DNA of 64,000 nt. It comes from Callorhinchus milii. Lineage: Eukaryota. The stretch is taken from NCBI RefSeq assembly GCF_018977255.1, contig NW_024704750.1, forward strand, positions 4,774,001-4,838,000. Direction: 5' to 3'. Made by a program: the position numbers and the translations under genes. Positions 1-11,400 of this stretch are shown one piece after another; position 1 is the first letter of the stretch, and each line of letters opens with the position of its first letter. A model generated the notes under the pieces. The model ran no database searches. It saw only the letters and a list, made by a program, of their open reading frames with translations, and was not told where the DNA came from.

Positions 1-193
1 ATTTGTGAGATGTTTGTAGTGAAATAAAGTGGTTGCAGATTAGAATCAGTTCCTAAAAAGGGGAACATAAAAGATGTACATAACGTACAACATACGGTAC
101 TAACTAGCAAACCCCTCAATCACATTCGTCTCCAATAAATGTGCAAATTTGTGCCTTTCAATAGAGCATTCTGCTGTGTACATTACAATTTGT

Positions 194-497
194 GGTGTCC
201 TGTAGCTCAGTGGTTAGAGCACTCGCCTCGCAAACAAGAGACCTCAGTTTGATTCCCGGCAGGACGAAACCTTGGGTAAGTTTCATTACTTCACACGCCT
301 GATAATAATCCCTCAAGAAAAAAATAATAATAAATTGGTCACTTCAATCCATGACTGTTCGTGGGACACTGATGTGCGTTTCGCCCACACGTTTCGCCCA
401 CACAAAAAAAGTCAATTAACTTTACAGTATAGTCTGAAGTGCTTTGAGACGTCTAGAAGACATGAAAAGTGCTATATCAAATGGAAGGATTATTATA
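194..497 (+). mobile_element. tRNA-derived SINE (tRNA-Ala-like head, L2-like tail)
   Basis: GTCCTGTAGCTCAGTGGTTAGAGCACTCGC..GATTCC A/B-box head. Body and (ATT)n tail shared with copies at 9996, 23212 and 62097. Confidence 0.85.
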
Positions 498-528
498 TTC
501 TCACTAAATTATTTGATTTTTGCCTTAC

Positions 529-3500
529 CTGCTGCATTATAGTGTAGCGTTCACGAAACAGTTCTGCTTTGTCCTTAGCAGTTCCAAAGAGCCTTGGGGC
601 ACTGTGCTCAGTCATCGCAAGACTAAAGAGCATGAGAGAGACAGACATAGATACATATGGTTTTAAACAAGTGAATAACTATCATTCTAACCAACTTTTT
701 AAAAACAGTTAATGAAACAGTTCACATTAAAAAAAAGTTTGAATGGCCCAGGAAGACAAAGGAATTTTATGCCCTTGTTTTGGTAAAAAAAACTACAACT
801 ATCTACTTGTACTTCCAATTTGTTCTTTATTTTATTAAAACAAATTATATTCTTTTTATTTGATCTTCCTGTATTATATATCCCATCTATGGTAGAGAGC
901 AGACAATCTATGTTACATCTCTGCTCTATTACTAGCCATAAGGAGATTACTCAGTCCGCTTTCTGTTCCTCCCTGTGGAAGAATCCACCTATATCTAGAT
1001 GAGGTGTGGAATTTGCTACACCAAGAACCACAGACATAGGCTGACTCCATGGTACCATATATCACAGTGCTAACGGCTATAATATTGTTTGTGCGTCAAC
1101 TGCACAGTTATTTAACTCGGTGGTTCTTGTACCACTTATCTCTAATTTGTCTCTAATCCTTTTCTGGGCATAAATATTAATTTAAGTATTACAGTCCTTA
1201 ACAAAATACAATGCACCTGAGGAGTCTTTGGTGTAACAGATTACTCACAAAAGGAAACCGTGCTTGCACATAAGATTAAAAACATCATTGTTTGTTTCAA
1301 GGCACCACTTAATTACAATTAATTAATTATGTGTAAAGAAGGGTAAACAAATGCAATGCCAACTTGGAAACACTCACTTAATACTGCTATTTAGATCAGT
1401 GAGAAAGATTTAAACTTTTCTTGATATACAAAATATAATTCAGGTGGAAAAACATGTAGTTTTAAGATTTTACAAACTAAATGACTCCATAGATGTTGTA
1501 CAAACTGAAGACGAGGAAAAAATTCTTGTATGAATGAACGAAAAAAGGAAAAAAGTTGCAAACTCACGGTAAAAACTTTTTCCTTTCTGGATTGTAGATA
1601 AACCGAGGGACGTCAAACGCTCCGATTATATTAAAAACGTGTTCCCTGTGAAAGTAAGTGATAATCTTACCAAAACTCATTGCTCTAAAGAATGTCACAC
1701 CTTTGTATTTTGTTTTTTCATGAATAAATATACATTCATGAGCTGAATATTGTCTGCTCCCCAATTCCTGCGGACACTACATTCTGTTATGTTACTTAAT
1801 AGGAATTTAGCATGGACAGTAAGTAGTGTGATAATTTTCAGTATTTGATATATATATAATATAAAATACAGCAGGTAGTAAATATTTTACATCTTCCTTT
1901 ATTGGTAGTCCTTTATACAGCAAATAACTTTGCTGAATAAAGCAGTGTTTTTTTTTAAATCAAGTTTTGAAAATTTCATAATTGTTTTATTCTGAAAACA
2001 TAGTTGTGATGTTTAATGCAATGCATCGTATAAACTTCTATTTGACTTACATAGTTTCATCACACGTCTGACTGCATTCCTGGACTGCTGCCTCCACCAT
2101 CGACTGTTCAATCATGTTGCATTTCACTGAAATGTAGAAACACACAAATTAAGCTTTTTTTTAATTACTTAGCTATAGCCTGGAATAATTGAGACTGGAA
2201 ATGTGTAGGAAAAGCTATCATTCAAATGAACACTTTTAGAATAAGGAATTTATATAATTTATGTACTGCAAATCATAGCACCATGGAAAATCCATAGAAA
2301 TCTACAACACAGAAGAAAGCCATTCGGTCCAACGTGTCTGTGTCAGCTCCCTCATGAGCAATCTTTCAATCCCACTTATCTGTGCTTTTTCCATAAAATT
2401 CCTTGCATTTGATACAGCGTCTTATCACATCATCAAGACATCTCAAAGTGCTCCACGGGAGTGTAGTGAATTGACTGATGTATTTCATAAGTTTTCACTG
2501 CATCAATAAGAACAACTGACCCCGAGATTTTCAAATATGAACATGGAGAATTCCAATTGGCGAGTGCAAGTGTTAAAATTAATCTGAGAATTTTGCTTTA
2601 CTGCATACGTCTTGGAAAATTAATTTCATCAGGAGATGAACCGCAGCTTAATACCGGTTTCAGTTTCAAACAATGGCAGCATCTGAGCATTAGGTTTGCA
2701 AGATGAACAAATCCGAGGCGTGACTGGCGATTACTTACGCGGCTGCTTTTCAACAGCATCGACGATCCGTTCAATGGCATCCTCCAGCTCCAGCTCAGCG
2801 ACCGACTCGAGCACCTCGACGAGATAGACTGTGGCGTTGCTAATGCAGAAATTAAAAGAACGACAATTTTTCTACGCAACTAACTTCGCGATGCACTGCA
2901 GCAGCGTTGCGACTCTCCCCGTGCAACGCCCAGGCCAGGGTCCGTCAGCAACAACAACAACAACAACAAGATTCCATTTATTGAGCGCCTTTCGCGTCGG
3001 GAGGACGTCCCGAGGCGCTGGACAGTTGGGTCAGGACCCGAGCATTGGGGGGAAATGGTCAGGGTGAGGGGAGGGAGCGAGGAGGGGGTAAGAGAGTCGA
3101 GAGGGGGAGCTGAAGGCTGAAGAGAAAAGTTAAGAGCCTCGCGAACAGAGTTAAGAGGAAAAAACGATTTACGGTCACAAGTGTGGAGATGGAGAGAGAT
3201 GAGAGAGGAAGAAAGCCGACCACAGAGGCGGGACAGCTTCCCGCGCAAAATGTAAGCAGCCACATTGTGAAGGGGCCGGTGTTGGTTCCTTCGCGAAGCT
3301 TCCAACACCAACCAACCGGGACATCAGGACCGAGCAGCGCCGCGCCGCGCCGCGCAGGGGCAGTGTTGGCGTTCAGCCCATCTGCCATCCCGACACAACT
3401 CCCCGAGTCCGGTTGCTGACTCGGGCCGAGCCGGGCCGGGCCGGGCAGAGAGGGCGGGGCGGCAGTGTCCCGGCGCGGCGACACTTACGATCGCAGGAGC

Positions 3501-3553
3501 AATCCGTGCATCTTAAAAGCCGCCGAAACCCGGCCCTTGATTCTACCCGCCAT
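529..3553 (-). CDS. POLE2: DNA polymerase epsilon subunit 2, 5' part (coding exons 1-5; gene continues beyond left edge)
   Basis: Exons 3489-3553 ([21 protein letters not shown]), 2739-2839 ([33 protein letters not shown]), 2051-2126 ([24 protein letters not shown]), 1568-1645 ([26 protein letters not shown]), 529-622 ([31 protein letters not shown]). All GT-AG, phases join, and the peptide matches the recalled POLE2 N-terminus. Confidence 0.96.
2947..3140 (-). mobile_element. L2-type LINE 3' end fragment
   Basis: (CAA)n tail plus GATTCCATTTAT..GCGCCTTTC.CGTC.GGAGGACGTCCC, shared with the longer copy at 10290-11252. Confidence 0.8.
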
Positions 3554-3566
3554 CGCCGGGGGGGGG

Positions 3567-3665
3567 TTTGGCGCCAAATGTGCGCCACTTCCGCACACGA
3601 GGGGGGCGGGGCGATGGGCGGGACTAGGGCGGGCGGGGGGGCGGGGCTAGTGTGGGGGCGGGGCG
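3567..3665 (-). promoter_or_regulatory. POLE2 promoter elements: palindromic E2F site plus GC-box cluster in a CpG island
   Basis: TTTGGCGCCAAA at 3567-3578, 13 bp upstream of the ATG, followed by several GGGCGG boxes (3602-3665). CpG-rich from about 2700 to 4100. Fits an S-phase replication gene. Confidence 0.75.
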
Positions 3666-3685
3666 AGGGAGAACGCCACACGTCA

Positions 3686-4230
3686 GACAACAACAACAAC
3701 AACAACAAGAAGATTCCATTTATAAAGCGCCTTTCACGTCAGGAGGACGTCCCAACACCACCACCAACAACAGCAACAGCAGCAGCAGCAGCGACCACAC
3801 CGGCGGTGACGGGCGCCCCCCCCCTCCCCCCGGAGACAAACGATCCGCCCCCCTTCGACGCGACGGCCTCGTCCGGCGGCGGAGACCGCCTCAAGGCGCC
3901 TCGGAGCACGTACACCGTCAAGTCAGAGCGACGGCGTTATTTCGTAGGCGATCGCTGGCGGCCAATCTGCCCACACGCAGCAATGTCTCACAAACCCACC
4001 GCGGGGCGGGTTTGGTTTCCGGGGCATTGGCCGGGCCAGGGGTTGCTCCCTTCTCTTCCTAAGGAGGTGCGGATTCCAACAACAACAACAACAACAAGAT
4101 TCCATTTATAAAGCGCCTTTCACGTCAGGAGGACGTCCCAAGGCATGGTATTAAAAGATAAAAGTAGCCTTTGCTACTGGAAAATCGCCTGCTGCACAGT
4201 TGGGTCAGGACCCGAGCAGGGGGGAAATGT
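3686..4230 (-). mobile_element. Two short L2 3'-tail fragments (3686-3752, 4076-4230) and a (CAA/CAG)n microsatellite inside the POLE2 CpG island
   Basis: Same tail motif as 2947 and 10290. Confidence 0.75.
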
Positions 4231-5286
4231 ACATTTGTATAGCGCCCTTTGCACAGGATAGCATCTCGGAGTGATATTTTAATGGCTGGGGCAGTTGGAT
4301 CTTGCGTGACTTCTGAATCTGAACTCGTGATCGGGGAAATTGATTAATTGGCATTGTTTCTGCTGTGCTGGGCACAAAGAAGTAATCATCTTGTTTTATT
4401 TCCCCTGGGATCTTGTTCTCCATTACAAAGTGGGAATTTGTAAGTATGTACCCAGAAAATATTCAAACAATCGGGGTTTTTTTTGGGGGGGGGGGGGTCA
4501 GTTTTTTTCCCTCAAATTTCTCTGTTCCACTGCTGCCAGTCATTTTTTGGCTCGTCAACAAATGCCAATTATTTGCATGTAAGCATTAACTGCGAATGTT
4601 AGGCTATTCAACAAATGTAGGGCATCATGACCAAACCCAATCTTGTTTTCGCGAGACACACATTATTCTGAGTGTTAGTCAGCGGAGTCACTTCAACGGA
4701 GAAGTGAACAAAATTGAAGGAGGTGGGTAACCTGATAAACAGCATCAAAATATAGATATATTCCTGTATTATTTACAAAAACACAAAAGATGAATATCTG
4801 GAAATCTGCAGACAATGGACTGTGGACACAAGTAATATTTTTAACAATGGAATTCTTTGTCAGAATACTTTCAAATGTCAAAGAATTCAACATAATTGTT
4901 TTAGAAACTATAGCATTAATAGAAATTACATTTAAATAAAAATTATTTACGTATATTTTTTAAAAATATATCAAATTATATTTAACTAAATGGGAAATGG
5001 TTCACTTTCTTTTTTAAAAATAATCTTAGGGTTTTAAATAACTAATTTAAGTACATAGTGTAAACCATCTAAATATAAAGAAAAATCATTTGAAGAGCAA
5101 GATTGAAAGTACACGAGATATGCAATTGACAGTACATATAGCTTGGCCTGTTTCATTTGCCATAATACTTTGGTCTACCCTGTGTGTGTGTATATCAGAT
5201 GTAAAATTGATTAGCGAGGGTTCATCCAGTGCACCATAAACGAGACAGACTAAGAATCACAAAAGAGGGGAAAAACACAGGGAGAA

Positions 5287-5382
5287 ATGGCAGAAGCTGA
5301 TGCGACTTTAGTGACAGAGGAGAGGAGCGGTCGTTGTGCAGTGCTGGATGGAAACCACCTCTATGATTGGGGTGGCTACATA
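5287..5382 (+). CDS. KLHDC1: KLHDC1 alternative/duplicated first coding exon (exon 1a)
   Basis: 96 bp ATG-initiated exon MAEADATLVTEERSGRCAVLDGNHLYDWGGYI followed by a gtaagc donor. Phase 0, compatible with exon 2 at 11566. Clear homology to the KLHDC1 N-terminus (recalled human MADSQLFCVAEERSGHCAVVDGNFLYVWGGYV). Whether it is used is not shown. Confidence 0.7.
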
Positions 5383-5449
5383 GTAAGCTTCAAGCTGCAA
5401 TAACCCAGCCTGGAAACTGATCAAGATAAACCGTCCGACCCCTAACCTT

Positions 5450-5945
5450 CATAGAATTACACAGCACAGAAGGAGGCCATTCGGCCCATCATGCCTCTTT
5501 GAAAGGAGCTACTGAAATCAACCTCACACCCCCACACTCTCCCCATAGCCCTGCAAACTTGTCCACCCCAAATAATTATCTACTTCTCTCTTAAAAGTTG
5601 TTATCGAATCAAATGCCTTTCAAGCAATGCATTCCAGATCCAAATAACTACAGTGTGAAAAAATTTCTCCTCACCTCCCTTCTGTTTCTTTTAACAACTA
5701 TTTTAAATTGGTGTCCTCAAGTTTCCGACCCACATGCCAGTGAGAAATAGTTTCTCCTTGTTCGCCCTAAACAATACCCTCATAATTTTGAAAACTATAT
5801 CAAGTCTCCTCTTAACCTTCTCTGCTCCAAGGAGAATAATCTTTGCTTCTCTAGTCTCCTGATAACTGAAGACCCTCATTCCTGGTACCATCCTGGTAAA
5901 TCTCCTTTGCATCCTCTCCAATGCCTTGACATTTTTCCTAAAGGA
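5450..5945 (-). mobile_element. CR1-type LINE 3' fragment
   Basis: Degenerate RT C-terminal peptide ERMQRRFTRMVPGMR..SYQE..L..FKIM. 3' end CATAGAATTACACAGCACAGAAGGAGGCCATTCGGCCCATC typical of shark CR1. Confidence 0.8.
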
Positions 5946-6694
5946 TGAGTAACCCGAAATAAATTAATTAAATAACCTGGAACCATATGCAAGGAAAAAA
6001 AAACTAAATTCTAACTCCAGGGTTTTGCTTCTTTGTTCACCTTATTTGCTCAGCCCAAATTTTTTTTCAAAGATACAAAGTTAACAGAAGGTTCAAGTGG
6101 AATGAATATGATGTTTAAATAAACCCAGTGACATGGCCACTTACTGCAGGAGCAAAGACTCCATAATTGTATTTGTCTGGGGTCCAGCAATTATTTAAAC
6201 ATTGCTTCGCACCGATTACTTTACTCCATCATATTCATACAATAGGCAGCTTTAAACATTTTCAATTGGAAAGGAAATTATGATTCTATTTTTAGGATAT
6301 TGGAATTGCAGCTGTAAAGAATCTAAGGGAGGGAAGTGAACGAAATAGAAAGATAATAATAGCCAAAGAGGAAAGTTATTGGTCTCTGATTGAAAAAAAG
6401 TAAAGTAGTCCCACAACTGCTTAACAAACTGGCACTGTTGGATATGAAATCATGCTACTAAATCACCCAGTTTGACAAGGAGGACCATAAAATTGATGGA
6501 ATATCATTTAAGAGGTTTCCTGTTTCTTGCTGATGTATACAAAAAAGGAAAGATTTTCAATGCTCTCCCACCATCTGAAGCTGGCGATTTGTGTCTGGTT
6601 TCAAATGCGCCAGCAGACTCCCATTAGCAATTATTTATGTGTGACGCAAATTTAATCATATCCATGCTTGGTGTTCACATGTGCATTTGTCAAC

Positions 6695-7112
6695 AATAAT
6701 AAATAATCCTGGCATTTGATGTAGCACCCGATCACATCGTCGAGACACCTCAAAGCCCTTCACAGGATATACCGTAAAGTGGGGTGACTGCATTTTGTGG
6801 GTAAAATGCAGCGGCCAGTTGAAAACGACAAGCAATGAGCGACAAATTTTATTTGGGGGATTATTGTGCAGGACACCAGGAGGAACTTGCTTCTCTTTTC
6901 AAATAGTGGCACGGACTCTTTAGCATTCACTTGAACAGGCAGAAAGGACCATGATGGTCTAACATCTTATCCGAAGGATGGCACCATCGACAAGGCAGCA
7001 GCCCCTCCAGTACTGCATTGGAAGTGCCTATGTGATTCCACGTCCCAACGTAGGGTTTGAACTCACAACCTTCTGACTCGGAGACGAGAGCAAACACTGC
7101 GCCAGGCTGACA
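6695..7112 (-). mobile_element. Deu-domain SINE (SacSINE1/AmnSINE-like)
   Basis: ATCCGAAGGATGGCACC..GACA..GCAGCA..CCCT.CAGTACTGCA.TGG segment recalled from Deu-SINEs, tRNA-like head near 7060-7112 and the shared LINE-like tail. Confidence 0.65.
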
Positions 7113-7199
7113 CATGTAAATAGAAAACAAACCCGCTGTCGGTCAGGTACATTTTTGGACTCCCAGCAGCTCACTCCGCTCTGGGGGTAATTTTGTGCT

Positions 7200-8400
7200 C
7201 GTGGTTTTATGAGGACGATCCAGTCAACCCACCGCTTGAGCTCGTCAGGTTTCGCTCGCTCCAGGTGTTCCGAAATCCGACGAGACCGCCAACGGAACAA
7301 TTTCTACAGTGCCTGAAATAGTACCGCGGAATTTGATATCTTTTTTTAAAAATGTATTTTAAAATACGTTTGTAGTCCGACAGTTTGCGTCGACTACTGC
7401 GGGTACTAAGGTGGTCAGTGCCTTTGTGAAACCATGTTGGCAAAGATCTTCCAAAGGGGGACGTTTTTGCAGGTTTAAATAAATTTTTAAAAAAATTAAC
7501 AAAAAAATGAAGCCCAAATTAGGAACCCGCCCAAAGTCGCGTCTTTTGCCGCACAGTACCACAAAAACCCGCCCAATTGGGCGCGAGCCCGCCTCCCCCC
7601 CCGCCCAATCTGAAGTGCGCACGCGCAGTCGCGCCTTTGGCCGCCTCGCGACAGCCGCACGTGCGGCGAAAAACTGGGCGGTGCCCGACAGCGCCGGACA
7701 GCGCCGCGCGACGTCTTTGTGAGGAGAGAGAGACCGAGGGGCCGCCACCTGAGCGCTGCGCCCCCGCAGACCGGTTTAACTCGCCTCTTCATCGCCGCAT
7801 TTCAAAACCTCTCCCGGGGGGGGGGGGCTGTGGCAATGGCTGAGACGTCGATAATTCAAGAGAACCAACATTACGCGGTGTTTGACGCCGGTTTTCTGTA
7901 CGTGTGGGGCGGCTACGTGGTAGGTACGGCCATCGCTCGACGATGGAAGCTTCGAGAACGTGGCTCCCTCCAAATCCGGGAAAGCGAATCCGACGGCTCG
8001 ACTCTGTGGGGTGGGTCGAGGGCGCCATCTTTATTTAACTCGGTGCGGGCGGGCGGGCGGGTCGGTGGCGACTCGACGGCTTTAACTCGACACACGTGAT
8101 CGGTAAATCTTCGCGCGTTTTTGTTAAACACATAGGGCGGTGGTGGGGGAGGGCAGGTTTTCCCACTTTAAATCTTTGAGGGCCCTAATCGCCGCCACTC
8201 GCGGGTTCAGCTTCTTCCCCTCAGACCCGTACTGTGTTACGTCGCCCCCATTTCTCCCCCACAAACACACACACACACACACACGCAAACTAAGAAAGGA
8301 AGGAAAACGAGTCAACGTTTCGGGTCCACGACCCTTCGTCAGAACTGATGTTCTTTTGGGGGGAAAAATGAAAACCCCTAAAAGTCCACTCGAGAGTGCA
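7200..8400 (+). promoter_or_regulatory. CpG island / KLHDC1 promoter (exon 1b)
   Basis: CpG-dense. CCAAT boxes near 7574 and 7605, NRF1-like TGCGCACGCGCA at 7616-7627 and CACGTG at 7658, upstream of the ATG at 7836. Confidence 0.65.
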
Positions 8401-11400
8401 AAGATTCAATTGAATGTGTAGATTATCCACAAGTAACAGTGAGACTGGTGGAATTAACCCAATTGCAATGTTTATGTTGGCCATTCCGTTTAACTCTGAA
8501 CAAATCAATACTTTTTTTTTAAAAAAAAGTTGGAAAGGGGAGGGAGCACTTTGCCTGAATTACTTTTTGCCGCTGGATTATTTACTGCTGATAAAATATC
8601 CTTGAGGATATTTGAGGAACGTGGAGATAATAAATACGTATCCTCGCATTTGATACAGCGCCTTTCGCGTCTTCTGGACGTCTCAAAGTGCTTCACAGAA
8701 TATACTGCGCAGTGAATTGACTATATTGTGTGGGTGAAACGCGGCAGCCAATTGAGCAGTGTCCCACAAACAGCTGTGGATTGAGTGAACAATCTTGGAG
8801 TGAATCCTTTTTTTTTTGAAGGATTATTATCCCCGGAAAAGTGATCGGCCAATCGACTAACAACCGCATGCCTACTTACTGACTGCAGTTTTTTTTTGGC
8901 TGCTGTGATTTGTGTTCTTTTTGGGCAGCCGTGGGATAGCATGAAGTCTGCTTTGTGAAGCAGAATTTATACTTTTGACACTCATACTCTTATTGTAATT
9001 GTAGTGATCAGTGCTCTTTCTGAGCAACTTTGCTGTTTGTATTATTCCTGGGGAATCTGGGATTTTTTTGGTTCTTTGTGTTGTCTTGGTGAACTATGGG
9101 TTATGGAAATGTGTCATCTCCTCAGTTAGGCTATTCTGCTGTCTGGGAAGTGGCATTTGAGTGTCCTGGAGAGTCAGGTAGAATGTTTTAGGCTGAACGA
9201 GGAGCTAAATTGGGAAAAATTAACCTGGGGAATTGTTACCTGCCAGGTTGATCCAAATTGTCCCCTCTGATTGATGCAAATACAGCCCATCTAATACTTG
9301 AGCATCTTGCTTCCTTCAATAAACTAGGTGAAAGGACCTAAAACGATTGTACTGCCATCAGTGAATAATGTGTTTTCAAGGGCAGTTGGGGAGAGTACTT
9401 TGAACAGATTTATTTCTCCCTTCCCCCACCCCCAATTTTTCCGTTCCTCTATAAAAAGTTTAACACAAGGTAGTTAAGCTGCTTTGTGATGTCAGTGATG
9501 GTGTAGTTCAGCTCCCCTCTCGACTCTCTTCCCCCTCCTCGCTCCTTCCCTCCCCTCACCCTAACCATTTCCCCCCTCCTCGCTCCCTCCCTTCCCTCCC
9601 CTCACCCTGACCATTTCCCCCCTGCTCGGGTCATGACCCAACTGTGCAGCGCCTTGGGACGTCCTCCTGACGTGAAAGGCGCTTTATAAATGGAATCTTG
9701 TTGTTGTTGTTGTAGTTCTAGGAATTACATCATGAAGTAATGTACGTATGCACATTATTGAATATATTCACAGATAGGGGTCTCACAAATCGAGGGATAT
9801 TTTCATTTCCAACAAGATTGTCTACAGGGAAAACTAGATCTAGTAACTGAACTAATTTGGGAGCCAATCCTGAGAAACAATCCTTACGAACTAAATACTA
9901 TACACCTACTTCAGCCGATAATTTATTTTTGCTGACTTAGCCACACCCAAGTTGCAATGAAGGGATTGATTTGGTTGACAATGCATAACATTTATGAAGT
10001 CCTGTAGCTCAGTGGTGAGAGCACTCGCTTCGCAAGCGAGAGACCTGAGTTCAATTCCAGGCAGAGGGCGAAACCTTGGGCAAGTTTCCTTACTCCACAC
10101 AGAGCCTAATAATAATCCCTCCAAAAAAAAACAATAATAAATTGGTCATTTTCAATCTACGACTGTTTGTGGGACATTGCTGTGCGCAATTGGCTGCCGC
10201 GTTCGCCCACAAATATACAGTCAATTCACTTTACAGTGTGTTCTGTGAAGCGCTTTGGGACGTCCTCCCGACGTGAAAAGCGCTATATCAACAACAACAA
10301 GATTCCATTTATAAAGCGCCTTTCACGTCAGGAGGACGTCCCAAGGCGCTGCACAGTTGGGTCATGACCCGAGCAGGGGGGAAATGGTCAGGGTGAGGGG
10401 AGGGAAGGGAGGGAGCGAGGAGGGGGAAATGGTTAGGGTGAGGGGAGGGAAGGGAGGGAGCGAGGAGGGGGTAGAGAGTCGAGAGGGGAGCTGACGGCAC
10501 GGTCAAAGAGAAAGGTTTTGAGACCGGCCTTGAAGGAGGAAAGGGAGGAAGCGGCGAAGGCACTGGGGATGGAGTTCCAGAGCCTGGGGGCTGAGAGGCT
10601 GAAGGCCCGACCACCGATGGTAGGGCGGTTGGGGCGGGGGATGTGGAGCAGACCAGAGCCAGAGGAACGGAGGGTACGGGCAGGTAGGTAGGGGGATAGT
10701 AGGTTGGAGAGGTAGGAGGGAGCAAGGCCGTGAATGGCCTTGTAGGTGAGGATGAGGATCTTGAAATCAATCCTCTGGGGGTTGGGGAGCCAGTGGAGGC
10801 GAGCGAGGGTGGGAGTGATGTGGTCCCGAAGCCTGGTGCGGGACAGTACACGAGCTGCAGAGTTCTGAATGACCTGCAGTGTGGAGGGAGGTGGCGGGAA
10901 GGCCGGCGAGGAGAGAGTTCCCGTAGTCCAGCCTTGAGGTGACAAAGGCGTGAACCAGGGTTTCAGCAGCGTGAGGGGTGAGGTAATGGCGTAGTCTGGC
11001 GATATTCCGGAGGTGATGGAAGGCGGTGCCAGTTGTGGTGCGGATGTGAGGGAGAAAGGACAGCTCAGGGTCGAACAAAACGCCGAGGTTCCTGACCGGC
11101 TTTGAGAGGTGGAGAGTGCAGCCTTGGATGCTGATGGTGTCAGCGCCTGAGGTGCGGAGGCGCTGACGTGAGCCAATCAGGAGGGCCTCGGTTTTTCGCA
11201 CGTTGAGCTGAAGAAAGTTGTCTCTCGTCCAGGACTCGATGTCAGACAGGCAGGGATTATTATTATTATTTAGTTTGGAGCTGTTGTAGATATTAGTCAG
11301 CCAGTCCTGAGCGAAGTGATGTTTCAAAAGATACTTGACTTGGACCTCAGTCATAATGTCCCCAAATTAGACATATTTTTGGAAAGGAGAAATTGGGACT

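Noticed and set aside
2831-4111. Cluster of long overlapping ORFs (up to 232 aa)
   Set aside because: By-product of a GC-rich CpG island plus L2 tails and microsatellites; only the short POLE2 exons have recognisable homology.
5287-5382. A separate third KLHDC gene or processed pseudogene starting at exon 1a
   Set aside because: I found no further kelch exons between 5382 and 7836, and the segment ends at a splice donor, so it is a single duplicated exon.
10240-10350. Recurring GACGTCCTCC.GACGTGAAAGGCGC motif as a CRISPR-like or regulatory repeat
   Set aside because: Dispersed in both orientations without regular spacers; it is the shared LINE/SINE 3' tail.
10309-11354. ORFs of 180-247 aa as host genes
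   Set aside because: Frameshifted, 5'-truncated L2 ORF2 remnants.
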